Source: Dimorphilus gyrociliatus
Lineage: Eukaryota > Animalia > Annelida
DNA length: 64,000 nucleotides
Assembly (NCBI GenBank): GCA_904063045.1
Contig: CAJFCJ010000014.1
Coordinates: forward strand, 1,919,643 to 1,983,642
Reading direction: 5' to 3'
Shown piece by piece: positions 31,534 to 44,304 of this stretch (position 1 is its first letter; each line of letters begins with the position of its first letter). The translations under genes and the position numbers were made by a program. Below the pieces are notes generated by a model. It had not been told where the DNA came from and ran no database searches. It saw only the letters and a list, made by a program, of their open reading frames with translations.

Positions 31534-33909
31534 ATGTCAGCGTCCCTAAAAGATAAACAAATCGGTAAGTTTAAAGAAACTTAAATTAAATCACTTTAAA
31601 GAAATTTATGTTCTGAATAATTAGTTAAATAAGCTTTCGCAATTGAGAACTTATATTTTAAAGTGTTAAAAAGTTCTTGAATAATTCAATAAAAGAACAT
31701 TCGAAAAAAACAGATGCTTTGAAACGTGTTCTAAATCTCAACGTCGTCGTTGGTAAAACAACAACAACCGAACCTCAATGGAAGGTAACTAACGAGATGT
31801 TTTTAAATAAATATTAATCTTAATTTTCGCAAGGTTCTCATATATGATGACTGGAGTCAAGATATAATTTCGCCTCTGTTTAGCTTGAAAGAGTTAAGAG
31901 ATACCGGTGTGACTCTACATTTGTGAGTTTTGTTTTTTTTATTATTGGAAAAGCAATTGATTATACTGGAGTGTAATTTTATGAATTGTGTTTTAGGAAT
32001 TTAAATAAGCAGAGAGAAGCCATACCCGATGTTCCTGCAGTTTATTTAGTCGCTCCAACTGATGAAAATATTAATAAAATATGCATTGATATTGAAAATA
32101 AACTGTATGAAAGCTTTTATTTCAATTTTATAAGTGCCATACCAAGGGCAAAATTAGAGAAAATTGCTTCTGCTGCTGTTGAAGTGAATAATGTTCAATC
32201 AGTCTCTGCAGTTATGGATCAATATGTTCAATTTATTTGCTTAGAAGACGAAATGTTTATAACGAAACAAAGAGATACCTTTAATTTATCTTACTATGGT
32301 CTTCATCGAGCTCGTATGACTGATACAGAAATGAACCAAACATTAGATTCTCTCGCTGACACGCTTTTCTCTGTTCTAGTTACAAAAGGTCAAATCCCTA
32401 TTATCCAATGTCCAAGAGGGAATGCTGCAGAAAAGCTGTCTGAGTTATTAGATAAAAAATTACGTGATCAAATGAAAGATGCTCGAACTCATATGTTTTC
32501 TGGAGGAATAGATGCTTCATCTTTACATCGACCTTTACTTGTTATACTCGACAGAGACGTTGATCTGGCTACACCACTTCATCACACATGGACGTATCAA
32601 GCCCTCGTTCACGATGTTCTCAATCTATCTTTAAATAGAGTCCAGATCAAAGAAAAATCTTTTGATTTAGACAGTAAGAATGATAACTTGTGGAATAAAC
32701 AGAGAGGTTCTCCTTTTCCCGAGGTTGCCCAAGAAGTGCAAATGGAATTGGAAAAATGTAAAAATAGAGAAGAAGAATTAAGAGTATTGAAGGCTTCCAT
32801 GGGCGCTGAGGAAGACGTCGATGGAACAACAGCGAGGTTATCCATGGCCGTCACATCATTACCAGAAATATTAGCAAAAAAGAGAAATGTTGATATGCAT
32901 ATTGATATTGCTGCATCTCTGTTAGATCAGATTAAAGAGCGAAAATTAGATAGTTTTTTTGAAATGGAGGAAAAATTGTTGAGCAAATCATCCAAATTAG
33001 GCGATAAAAATTTGCAAGAACTGCTAAGAGATCCCCAAGGTATTTTATATGTAAAAATATGTATTTCTACATAACTCTCATCTATGAATTATATAATTTA
33101 GCCGGAACTCCAGAAGACAAGGTAAGACTCTTTATTATCAGTCTCCTTTGCACAAAGGAAAATATTTCGGAAGCCGAAATGGATAGTTATTGTAATATTC
33201 TTCAAAGTGCAAATTGCGATCTGGCAGCCGTGCAATATATTAGAAAATGGAAGTAAGTAAGAATATTTGAAAATCCTTTCATATATACTGATCACTTAAA
33301 ATTTAGGGCTTTTACATCCATGTCTATGGGTTCATTGACTTACGGTGGCTCCGATCATTATGGAACAAGAACGGATTCAATGTTTGGAAAACTTTTAGAT
33401 AAAGCATCTAAATTCGCTATGGAAGGAGTAAAAAATTTAGTCGTTGAGAAACATAATTTGGTTGTTACAAAAATAGTCGATGCTTTAATGGAGCTAAAAT
33501 CTACTCCTGAAACTGATAACTTTAGATATTTCGACCCAAAAATATTACGTGTAACAGATCCGTGAGTAGTTTGCGCAGATAATGAAAATGTGTCTTTATT
33601 GCTATAAAATATTAATTCTCCGTCAGCTCAAACATACCAAGAACAAAAACTCCATTCCAAGAAGCAATCGTTTTTGTTGTAGGTGGAGGAAACTATATCG
33701 AGTATCAGAATTTAATGGATTATTGCAAAACGAAATTACAGAATAGCACAGTTAAAAAGAAAATAATTTATGGTTGCTCAGAATTATTGAATGCTACTCA
33801 ATTTTTATCGCAAGTAAGTTTACTTTCATTAATTACAAGTTTTATATCTAAAAGTTTACTTAATGAAATTATTTTTTTATTTTAGTTATCCGAATTAGGA
33901 AATGAGTAG
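31534..33909 (+). CDS. SCFD1: Sec1 family domain-containing protein 1 (Sly1), multi-exon
   Basis: [82 protein letters not shown]. Ends ELGNE* at 33909. Confidence 0.95.
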
Positions 33910-34075
33910 TAAGTTACTTCGCTAATTATGTTATCAATAAATTGTATGATTCAAGAAGTTTAATATATTTTTTTCTAAAAAAATTAAACTATTAAGAATA
34001 AAAGACGAAAAAGAAATGAATTTGTTTCCTTAAGCATAAATACTAATTGAATATAATTGAATATCACAGTAATAT

Positions 34076-36574
34076 TTACTTTGTCCGTAATTTGTTCAAC
34101 TGAGAAAGTGTTTTTGCTTTCTTATCATCTTTAACATTATAGTTTCGAACCTTCAGTTTGCTTTTATTAAGAGATGGACGTGGATTGCTTATTCGTTTTT
34201 TTGCCCAAAGACCAGCAGGTGTAGGTTGAATATCTGCGTGCTTAGCTTTGACTAGTAGGCCGTCAACTTTGGAATCTTTCTTTGGTGTAGAAGCGCCTGA
34301 GGGTTCTGGTACGTCTAGTAATTTCCATATATCTTGCAAAGACTGCCCTGTCGATGACATTGTGTTCAATAGCTGCATGTCTTGATCTCGTTGGGTTCGT
34401 TTTGGAACTTGTCCTGTGGTGTTGGCTGCCAATTGACGTTTTGTTAATTCGTATTGAAGCTCTTCTAGCTTTTGAAGTTTGTCTATTTTAGGTGATTTCG
34501 GCGACGTATTCACTTCCTTAATTGGTGGCTCATCAAAGTCTTGGATAGAAAGTTTTTCTTTGAGGCGCTCTACTTCGGCTTTGTGACTGTTGCTTAAATC
34601 AACTAGTTGCTCTTTCTCAGTTAATAATTGCTCTATTTTTGAAGCTGCATTTTTCAGTTTGTGTTTTAAAAATGTTATTTGATCATCAGTGTTGGCTAGT
34701 GGTCTATTAGCTAATTCGCTTTCTAGTTGTTGTATGACAAGTTCTTGAGCACCGAATGAAATTTGTTTATGGGCTTGAGCGCTTCGTAACTTTAAGTCAG
34801 ATACTTGTCTTCTAAGAGCCGAATTTTCTTCCTCAACCTGCAGCCGAACCCTATTTAATTCTTTACATCTGGCATCACTTTCCGAATAAGCTGCTTCTAA
34901 ATCAACAACCCTCTTCTTGTAACTTGAAATCTGAGTATTATATTTGTCTTCATTTGCCACTAGCTCATAGCGCAACTGCTGTACAGAAACGTTAGATGTT
35001 CCTTGGTCGTTAACGCTCATCTCTAGAGCGTGATTACGAGCTTGCATAGCTCTGACTTGAGCAGATAATTCAACTTTATCACTTCTTAGTTTTGTTATTA
35101 ATCTATTTAACTCTCCTATATGGGCTTTAATATAAGCATTTTCAATTTCGGGAAGTTCACCTTGTACATCTTCTTCATCTACTTCTTTACTGGGTTTATT
35201 ATTGACTAATTCCATTTGCTCTCTCATTTGAGTAATTGTTGTTCTCAGTGTTACATTTTGCCTCGTTAGATCTTCAACTTCTGGATTATTTTCTAAGCGT
35301 GTTAAAGCTTTTTCTAGTTTTTTCTCACACTCAATCAATTGAGCTCTAGCTAAATCCCTTGATTTTCCAACTTCTTCTACAGTAACATCAATTCTTTCAC
35401 GATGCTCGCTCTGTACTTTCTCAACTTTGCGTTCAAAGTCCAGTTCTAATTGAGTCTTTTGAGCCTCCAATCTCTTATAAGCTTTATTAGAAGATTCAAC
35501 ATTTTTCATTAATTTATCATTAGACACTTGAACAGAAGATAATTCAGCTTTCAATTGTAAAATATGCTCTTCCAGAGATTTGTTTTTACATTCAAACGCC
35601 CTTAAATCTTTAATAATATCATCCTGATGTCGTATCTGATCGCGAAGGTGACTGACGGTACTACTATTTTCATTTTGATTCATATTCATGGAAGCTTTTA
35701 ATTGAATAATGCTATTTTCTAATTCATGAACTCTTCTTTCCAATTCTGAATTCTTTTTACCCATTGAGTCAATTGCATTATATTTTTCAGCTTTTATCCT
35801 TTCCAATGCATTTTCAATTTCTTTAATTTGAAAATCTTTTGATGATAAGAGATCATCAGTTTTCCATTGCACTTGTCTAGAAATGGTTTGAGCTTCGTCT
35901 CTATCTTTGGCTAATTTATCATTAAGAATTCGCATTTGCTCCATTTCTTTCGAAAGGACTTCTATTTTTAATGTACTCTGTCTGTGAGCTTCTTCGAGTC
36001 TTTGATACCTTGATGATTCTTCGGTTGTTTGAACTCTTAGCAGATCTTCATACTGCTGTGAAACATCCCTCTTTGTGCCTTCTAAGTCAATTTTTAAACT
36101 CTCAATAAGTAAAGTTAAGTTAGAATTTTCTTTTTCCTTTTCAAACAATTTTTCGCTTAAATCACTAATTTCTCTCTGATAGCGATTTTGAAGCTCGATT
36201 TCTCTATCTTTTAATCTCTTTGTACTTGAACTGAAAAGATTTTCATGTCTTTCGTTCTCTTTTCGCTTTTCTTCTGACAACTTGTCTAACTTTGTTGATA
36301 GTTCTGATATAAGTGATTCTTTTTCTATTAATTGCTTTTGAAAAGAATGAAATTTTATTTCGTAACTCTCTAATTCTGTATCTCTTTCGGCTAACAGTTT
36401 AAAATTGTACTTGAAATCACTTTTGAGCTTGTTAAAGCGAGATTTTAGCTCATCCTTTTCTGCGTTAGATTCTTTTAATAAATTTTCTAATTTTGCAATT
36501 CGACCTTGACGAAGACGTCTACTTTCTTCTTCCATAATTCGAACTTGATGTTCGATTTCGTCTTCGCTATTCAT
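34076..36574 (-). CDS. CCDC57: Coiled-coil domain-containing protein 57 (centrosomal/ciliary), single coding exon, 832 aa
   Basis: LKSDFKYNFKLLAERDTELESYE, KLKNAASKIEQLLTEKEQLVDLSN and C-terminal KVRNYN match recalled CCDC57 blocks. Confidence 0.85.
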   Translation of the reverse strand: MNSEDEIEHQVRIMEEESRRLRQGRIAKLENLLKESNAEKDELKSRFNKLKSDFKYNFKLLAERDTELESYEIKFHSFQKQLIEKESLISELSTKLDKLSEEKRKENERHENLFSSSTKRLKDREIELQNRYQREISDLSEKLFEKEKENSNLTLLIESLKIDLEGTKRDVSQQYEDLLRVQTTEESSRYQRLEEAHRQSTLKIEVLSKEMEQMRILNDKLAKDRDEAQTISRQVQWKTDDLLSSKDFQIKEIENALERIKAEKYNAIDSMGKKNSELERRVHELENSIIQLKASMNMNQNENSSTVSHLRDQIRHQDDIIKDLRAFECKNKSLEEHILQLKAELSSVQVSNDKLMKNVESSNKAYKRLEAQKTQLELDFERKVEKVQSEHRERIDVTVEEVGKSRDLARAQLIECEKKLEKALTRLENNPEVEDLTRQNVTLRTTITQMREQMELVNNKPSKEVDEEDVQGELPEIENAYIKAHIGELNRLITKLRSDKVELSAQVRAMQARNHALEMSVNDQGTSNVSVQQLRYELVANEDKYNTQISSYKKRVVDLEAAYSESDARCKELNRVRLQVEEENSALRRQVSDLKLRSAQAHKQISFGAQELVIQQLESELANRPLANTDDQITFLKHKLKNAASKIEQLLTEKEQLVDLSNSHKAEVERLKEKLSIQDFDEPPIKEVNTSPKSPKIDKLQKLEELQYELTKRQLAANTTGQVPKRTQRDQDMQLLNTMSSTGQSLQDIWKLLDVPEPSGASTPKKDSKVDGLLVKAKHADIQPTPAGLWAKKRISNPRPSLNKSKLKVRNYNVKDDKKAKTLSQLNKLRTK

Positions 36575-37195
36575 ATTCGCTTATCTTTATTACAGGCTGT
36601 GACTTGATCAAATTTAATAAATTTCCCTTTTCGTTTAAAGATGGCAATAATTTCAAATTCTTTTATTTGTAAATGTCGATATACTGATGATGCTTTGTAC
36701 TATATTAAATAATCTAACTTATTCCAGCATTCTTTAATTAAAGGATTTAAATGGAATTTATAGTTGTAAGTTTTCCAATAACATATATCTTTATATTCCT
36801 TAGTCTGATCACACATTTACGCAAAAAGGCCTCTTTGTATAAAAATCTAAGGTCTCCCTTAAGGTAAAAACTTTAAAGAGTAATCCTTTTAATTGTAAAA
36901 TATTAAGATTTGTATTCTTACTAGTATAGATCTAGCAGAAAGACTGACACTTATTCCGTCACCTTGTTTGAGATGGATACCTAGCTTAACGACGAAAACT
37001 TTTTTAGATTATCTAATACGTTAATTTAGTAATAATAAAGATAAGGTTTTCGAAAAAATTTAACATAATTAAGAAATTTTTAAAAAAATAAATAAAATAC
37101 GAAGGAATATATCTCACTGAGCGATAATAGGGAAAATAAACACATGTACTTACCAGGATTTAACTATTTAAGTTCAACATCGGATTTCTTGTACA

Positions 37196-38906
37196 ATGAT
37201 TTTAAGAAATATTAAAAAGTTGCACAAAAACACAAGCTATATGAAATGTATAGCATCAAGATGTTTAAATCAGAAAACAACTGATAATAATGAGTTTGTT
37301 AATAAAGATCTATCAGAATACTTATCAAACGATCCTCCAGAAAGACCGATAGATCCAGAATTTCCGTCTGATTATGAAGAGTATAGAATGCAAGAATGGT
37401 TAAAGTATAATAAAATCAAACGATCTCAAGAAAAGAAAGTTAAAAGGCCGCTTATTGATCCAAGGGATACTTCTATAATTCTTTTTCCGGGACAAGGAGC
37501 TCAGTTTGTGGGTAAGAACAATCGCCTAAACCTTGATAGCGATATTTACGTATATAACACTAAGAAAGAGTACCTTCAAAACAATTACACTTTTCGTTAT
37601 TTAACATAGGTATGGGCAGAGAGACACTTAACTTTCCAAATGTTAGAAATATGTTTGAGGCGGCAAGTACAAGAATGGGAAAAGATTTATTAAAATTATG
37701 TCTTGACGGACCAATAGAAGAATTAAATAAAACTGAAAATTGTCAACCAGCCGTGTTTCTTTGTAGTTTAGCAGCAGTAGAAAAACTAAAAAATTTGGAG
37801 CCTTATGTATGTTATTGAATTTCCTTTTCTCCTCTTTTCTTCATATACTGTATATTTAATTAATAATATATAATAAATAAAAAACGAACACCAAAAACAG
37901 GCTATTGAAAAGTGTATAGCAACCGCCGGATTTAGTCTTGGAGAAATTACAGCTTTGGTATTTTCCGGAGCTTTTTCATTTGAGACTGGTATCATCTTTT
38001 TTTCGATTAATCATGTCATTTATCATATAAAGAAAATGTTATATTTTTAGGTTTGCAAGTTGTTATAAATAGAGCCAAAGCAATGCAAAAAGCTTCAGAG
38101 ATTATACCATCGGGTTTAGCAAGGGTATTCCTCAAATCTAACTCTAAATTAGGTTTTGCTTGTAAAACTGCAAGAGATTATTGCAAGTAAGCTTGCTCAT
38201 TTTTATTTAAATAAATAAATGTATATAAATTACTATTTGAAATATAATTATTATTTCTATCATTCCCAGGGATAAGCTAAAAATTGAAAATCCTGTTTGC
38301 GGTGTAGCCAATTATTTGTTTCCGGAATGCAAAGTAATTGGTGGAAATATCGAGGTTTGCTCCTTTTAAAATATATATAAAACATATATACAATGCGTTT
38401 ACGTTTAAAAATTTTACAGGCTTTACAATTTATAAAGGATAATAGAAGAGAATTTAAACTACTAGGTGTTCAAATGCTTCACGTTTCTGGTGCATTTCAT
38501 ACCGAATTAATGAGTTCTGCACAAGAAGACTTTAAAAATACGCTAAATCATGTCAAAATTGATAAACCTATTGTCCATACATATTCAAATATAGAAGTCA
38601 GTCCGTATAAAAAAGTAAATGATATAAAAAAATTATTAGTAAAACAGGTAAGATAATTAAAAAGCAAGAATATTTAATTTAATTAATTATTACGTAATAT
38701 TTATTGGCTTTTTACGTTTTCTTTCCATCTAACAAAAGTTGGTAAAGCCTGTAAAGTGGGAGCAAATTATGCATACAATCTATACAAGAGACAAAACAGA
38801 GGAATTTCCGGATACTTTTGAATTAGGACCTGGAAAACAACTGGGAAGTATATTAAAATCAACTAACAGAAGAGCTTTTTCTTATTATAAATCAATTAAT
38901 ATATAA
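37196..38906 (+). CDS. MCAT: Mitochondrial malonyl-CoA:ACP transacylase, multi-exon
   Basis: Basic presequence, ILFPGQGAQFVGMG, NCQPAVF, catalytic GFSLGE, VSGAFHT, PVKWEQ and ELGPGKQLG. Stop at 38906. Confidence 0.93.
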
Positions 38907-39784
38907 AATTCCTTTATTTTTATAAGAATACAAAATATTTATTAATTAAATGTAAGTATATCTGTTAAATAAAGATCAGTCTTGCAAAAAAATAACCATT
39001 CGTTAAAGTAATTGATACGAAAGTATTTATAGTAATGTTACCTGACAGTTAGCTATCAAGGCACTGATACCTTAATATCAAGTTTAATTTTTAACGATCT
39101 AATGATACTACATTATTAAAATATAATCCATTTTTATTAAAAAAAAACATGCAGTATAGACATTCAAAACTTGAAATTTGTATTTCAAATTTTAGAAACT
39201 AGTTCAAATATTGTATATTCTATTTGTACAGCAAAAATATACTCAAATTTTGCAGTTTAGTTTGAAATAATTTAATTATAAATTACTCTATTTCTTCCAG
39301 TTAAATTAAAAAATTAAATAGTAAGAATAGATCGATATTATCGTTTAAAAAACCTCTTTTAGTAGCTATTGAACAAATTTTAGGTATAATAAGTAATGTT
39401 TCTGTTACGTTAACACCTAAGAAGTCATTACTGTTGAATTTAAAAAATCTTCTTATTTTTAATCGATTCTTTCACTTTTTCTTTGCAATTAGTACTAAAA
39501 TGCACTAACTTTTAGTTACACTACCTTAATACTAATGAATTACCGTCAGAAAATTAGGGTGAAATTCTAAAGGTTTCAATTTTAATTGGTTTCAGAGGAA
39601 AAAAACTTAATTTAACCTTGTCAGCAAAAAAAAGTATTTGTTTTAGTTTTTACTTAACTTTTCTTTTAACGTCTTATTTTACTTTGAAAAGACTCAAGTA
39701 AAAACGTTGAAACTATTACTTAAATTGGGTAGTCAATTTTCTATGTGATATTTCTTAGTTCCTGCTCGTAGCCTCAAGTAGATG

Positions 39785-41087
39785 CTAGTTTTCTTCATTA
39801 ATTGTAATTTCAGCGAATGAATCTGTTGTAGAATCAGCAAATAGATCGGGGCTGTTTATATTAGGGTGGTATTGAGGAGTAGATGTTGATAGGCTATAAT
39901 TACTCTTATTGCAGGGTGTAAATGTTTGATAAGAATTGAAAGTTTCATTTGTAGATAGCGAATTGTTTGTTAGAAAGGAAGATGATTCACTACTGTCTAA
40001 GAATAAATCGGCTGATCTGTCGATGTAATGCTTCCTAGCAGTTAATGGATTATATGTTGATTTACTCCATAGATCAGTTAAACTTTGATCGGTCCATTTT
40101 GCACTCGAGCTGCTTGTCTGATTTAGACTAGCATCGGGTGTTTCTTTTCGTTCTGAGAAGTTTAGAAAAGTGTTATCGATGTAAGATTTGTCTGCTACAG
40201 CTTGAGTTTGAAATTGTTTAAGAAAGCTATCAGTCCTACCATATCTATGGTTAGAATCTTGAAAAAATTGCAGAAAACTTCCATCATTTGTAGTAGCATC
40301 AATAATTGAGTTATTTCTTGCGTTTGCTTCCTTTACTGCAGGATTTCCAGTCTGCTTATTATTCATTAGACTTTGAGGTATTGTTAACGATCTCATCATA
40401 TCGTATTGAAAAGTTGCCGAACAAGTTGGCTGAATGTTCTGTGATGCATCTTGTAGTAATTGCTTGAAACATTCACTAACTGTTATTCTGTTTGATTCAA
40501 AAGTCGCTCTCTTAATATCGTGAGAAGCGGGACAATCGCCATTCACTTCGCAGACTTTTTTCAATGTATGACATGGTAATTTTTTCCTCACATGGAATGA
40601 AACTAGAAATTGACCGTTTACAAAAGTTCGGTTTACGGAAGCATTTATCAGCTCTTCTACCTCTTCTTTAGAGCGGGTAGAGTAAACACCCTCAGTAAAT
40701 CTTTATGATTGAATAAATTCTCACTTATTTAATTTATTTATCTTATAGAAGATACTCACTTAATAAACTCGTTCGCCTCTAATCCAAATAGATTGGTTAA
40801 ACCTCTCCCAAAGACGGCTATGGGGAAATATCCCGTGTCATCACAGCATTGTATATGCAATCGATAGCGAAATTTAATGCTTTCCTTTTTACTTCCACGA
40901 AAACATTTTCTACATCGACACCTAGAGATTGATCAAAGAATTAAAAATAATTTAAAAACTACCATCGATTATCGCTCAATACTCACAAATTTCCTTCAAT
41001 CTCAATTCTTCCTCCGCATATAATACAGTTAGAATAAAAGTAGACAGAATCTAAAATTTTTACTACTTTTATTAATACAAAGGCCAT
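39785..41087 (-). CDS. DDIAS: DNA damage-induced apoptosis suppressor (noxin)-like, N-terminal RPA1C-type Zn-OB fold; exons 41087-40987, 40921-40760, 40700-39785 (~392 aa)
   Basis: Spliced N-terminus FVLIKVVKILDSVYFYSNCIICGGRI...CRKC...FRYRLHIQCCD...IAVFGRGLTNLFGLEA follows the DDIAS OB pattern (YxxCxxC...CxxC...YRY...VFG...FG). A Ser/Thr-rich disordered tail follows. Confidence 0.75.
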
Positions 41088-41206
41088 ATCATACTTGATT
41101 AAAACATAATAAATCGATAGTATGTATCCAGTAATATAAAATTCAAAGTTTAAATTACTCTCAAATTGTTTTCCACTTGCGTTTATTGAACTGTCCAGAA
41201 TTTTAG

Positions 41207-41214
41207 GCGCCAAA
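41207..41214 (-). promoter_or_regulatory. E2F-type site TTTGGCGC upstream of DDIAS-like gene
   Basis: GCGCCAAA on plus, about 120 nt upstream of the ATG. Confidence 0.35.
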
Positions 41215-41843
41215 ACAATTCAACAGGAAAAAAAGAACAAAGACAAGGAAAAGTTTTAGAAAAGATAAATGAGGGTATAAATAAAAATCATCCTTCACCG
41301 TAGTAGCATTTATCAAAAGAGTTTTAGGTTAAATATGACATTTTACGAGGATGTTTAATAATCTAATAGAGATAATCATTATTATATTGTAAACTAATCT
41401 TAATTAACAGCAAAACAGGTAAAGGTATTATTATACAACAACTGAAAGAATACGGTATTTTTCTAACATTAAACATGTTTTTCTATATCACAAAGATTCA
41501 AAAAAAAGAGAGAAAGGAAAAGAGAGGATATTGTTTATTATTTTGTAAGGGCTTTCAATAATATATCAAAGTTGACGTCTTTAGGAAAGGAGACAGGATG
41601 CAAAGATATTGATTGCCTGAGTGCAATTAGTGCTTTATATAAAAGAAAATATGATTAAAAACTTTCGTAACAGTAAGATACTATTGAACGGAATCTTTAA
41701 TTATTTGCTTTAGCTGAGTTCTTTTATATTATAAATTTAATAGACGTTACTTTCTAACAGATACAAGATAACTTTAAAATTATTAATCATTCGTTAAGGC
41801 TTCTATCGCGTTTAAATTAGGTGATAATAGCTTTTTTCATTTT

Positions 41844-42660
41844 TTAGACAATTCGTGTAGAACGTTTCACTTCTACTTTTGGAATTCCTAAAGAAGTTTA
41901 TTTATACAATATATTCTTTTAAATAGTATATTTATTAATAATTTCTTATTACCGTAATTGTAATTAGAGTCTGGCTCTGAAATTGGAAAATTCGTATAAC
42001 TAGAATTGATTAGAGTGTGATAAAATTCATCTTTAGGCTCTGTAAAAATTTTCTTCTTTTTACAACATCGATAAATAGAGACGACTGAAATCAATAGAGA
42101 ATATAGATTAGAGATAAAATAAAGAGAAGGGGGGAGGAGGCATAGTATAAATAAAGAGAAAAAACAAATTAACCCCCAAGTAAGCAAAGGCTTATTGAAA
42201 TGAAAGAAACTCCTAGAGAAGCAATCCAAATGATTCTATTAAAATCTGATAAACCGAATAATTCAGTTTTCGAGCAACAGCCCATCTTTTTTATCCGATG
42301 ATCACAACATTTATACTGATAGGGTAGACCATCATAAGGACAATAAAAGATTTTGAATGTTAAATTATTGTATAACTCCTCTTTTCCATCATCTCTACCT
42401 CTCCATTCGGCACTAAGGTCAATTTCATTATATAATTCCTTGCAAATTCTGGCACCAAATATATTCCTTTCGCAAATACGAATCTTTTCCTTATTGATTT
42501 TATAAACGCAAGTGACGCCATCCTCAAAGTGTTTAATCGGCGTCGCGACATCCAATCGTCCCGTAGTCAATGAAGCATTCTCTAGAGATTCTTTAAATGT
42601 TGTATTGTTTGACAGTACTTTTCCAATAAGGAGTACGAGAGGGAGAATAAAAGCTATCAT
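41844..42660 (-). CDS. Type-I membrane protein with Cys-rich CX/Shisa-like module; exons 42660-42174, 42084-41953, 41887-41844 (~220 aa)
   Basis: Signal peptide MIAFILPLVLLIGKVLS, FYCPYDGLPYQYKCCDHRIKKMGCCS, TM segment, then YRCCKKKK stop-transfer. Two GT-AG introns merge two ORF-track entries in frame. Confidence 0.65.
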
Positions 42661-43689
42661 AATTTGTTTTTATAAAAGTATATGTGAGTGAAGATGAGGG
42701 AAAATTTTTTTGTTTTTTTTTGCTTCTCTTTTTAAAAGCTTCGTTCATGACAACAATTTTATCACGGTTAATTTCAAAATATATATATAAACTTCTCCAA
42801 AGGTAGCCTCCGGTAATGCCACACATAATGATTTTTTCCCTATATATATATATATAGACATTTATACTATATATATCTTTAACAGTGTACTGCAATGGAT
42901 AGGAAAATGCAACCCTATCTATTGAATTTTTTTTGTCGGTATTTAATAATAGTGACGTTAATACTAAGAGATCGAAAAACAAGAAACTAATTAAAATTAT
43001 ATAATTCTATCGAAAGAAATACAGTTAAAGCTTATCAATACATTTCATTTTGTATTCATTTAAAAGCGTTAAATTGGTCTACTTCGGTTTTTATCTGAAT
43101 ATATACATAATTAATTACATGTAATTGGATTTTATTTTTGTCTGATTTTAAATTGTTTTTTGAAAAATCATAACACATGGTTAAAATTCAAGTTTAATTG
43201 ACATTGATTACGAAAGATAGGAAGTATTTTGTATATCAGTGTCACACCATTCATGACAATAACCTAGATGATAACGAATACAATCATGGTGTTTTTCACC
43301 TCTAATAGTTATCTTTATGAAATATGTATAGGTGGTACTATATCCTATATTATATAATATATAGTATATACATATACGATATCAATATATTATATAATAA
43401 TAGGTATCTTATCAAATAGTATAGCAGAATTTCATTCCCCGCTTTATTGTCGGTGCTGACTATAATAAAATTTACTGGCAAAGTGCTAAATAAATTTTTT
43501 ATATTGCAACGACAAAAGGAAATACTACTACAATTATTTTAAGCACACTCAAATAAAACAGACTACAAACAAAAATTAAAAAAATAAACTAAACAAAAAA
43601 TAAGAAAACACGACTAGTTTTTTTTTTATAGAAAAATAAATATATAATAAAACTAGATATATACATATACTGTATGTATATTCATCGTT

Positions 43690-44254
43690 TTATTCATTAA
43701 ATTGAGGTCGTCTAGTTTGTATGATTTTAGGCCTATCCGAATTGGTGAAACCGTCAGGATTTTCGCTGATGTGTACAATGATGCCTGGATGATTTCCAGT
43801 TGCTGGAATCAATTCGTGCTCTGTCCCTAAAAGGAACAGTAAAATTAAGAAATTGCAGAAAAACCAAGAAATTGCGTTTGATTTAGATTAATAGTTGAAA
43901 AAAACAGCTAATAAAATATTTAAAACACAAAGTGATTTTATGGGGAAAAAACATATTTTTAAAGCCTACCTGGAGCTAAGTTTGCGACAGCCGCCAATAA
44001 ATCATAATCTATATTAGGATGTGTTTCAGGTATAGGCTCCCAATCGACTGGCGGTGAAGCTGGTGGTGATATGAGAAAGTTTCGTTCACGTTCAGGCACT
44101 TGTAAGAAATTCCCTCCTCCTCTCTACGAAATGTAAAATAATCAGTTAGATAATTCACATAATTCAAGGCTCTCTAAAAATAATCATGTAAATATGTATT
44201 TATCGACGGTATATTTATATAGTTTACATATTTATATTTAATAAGTGTAAACTA

Positions 44255-44304
<50 letters not shown>

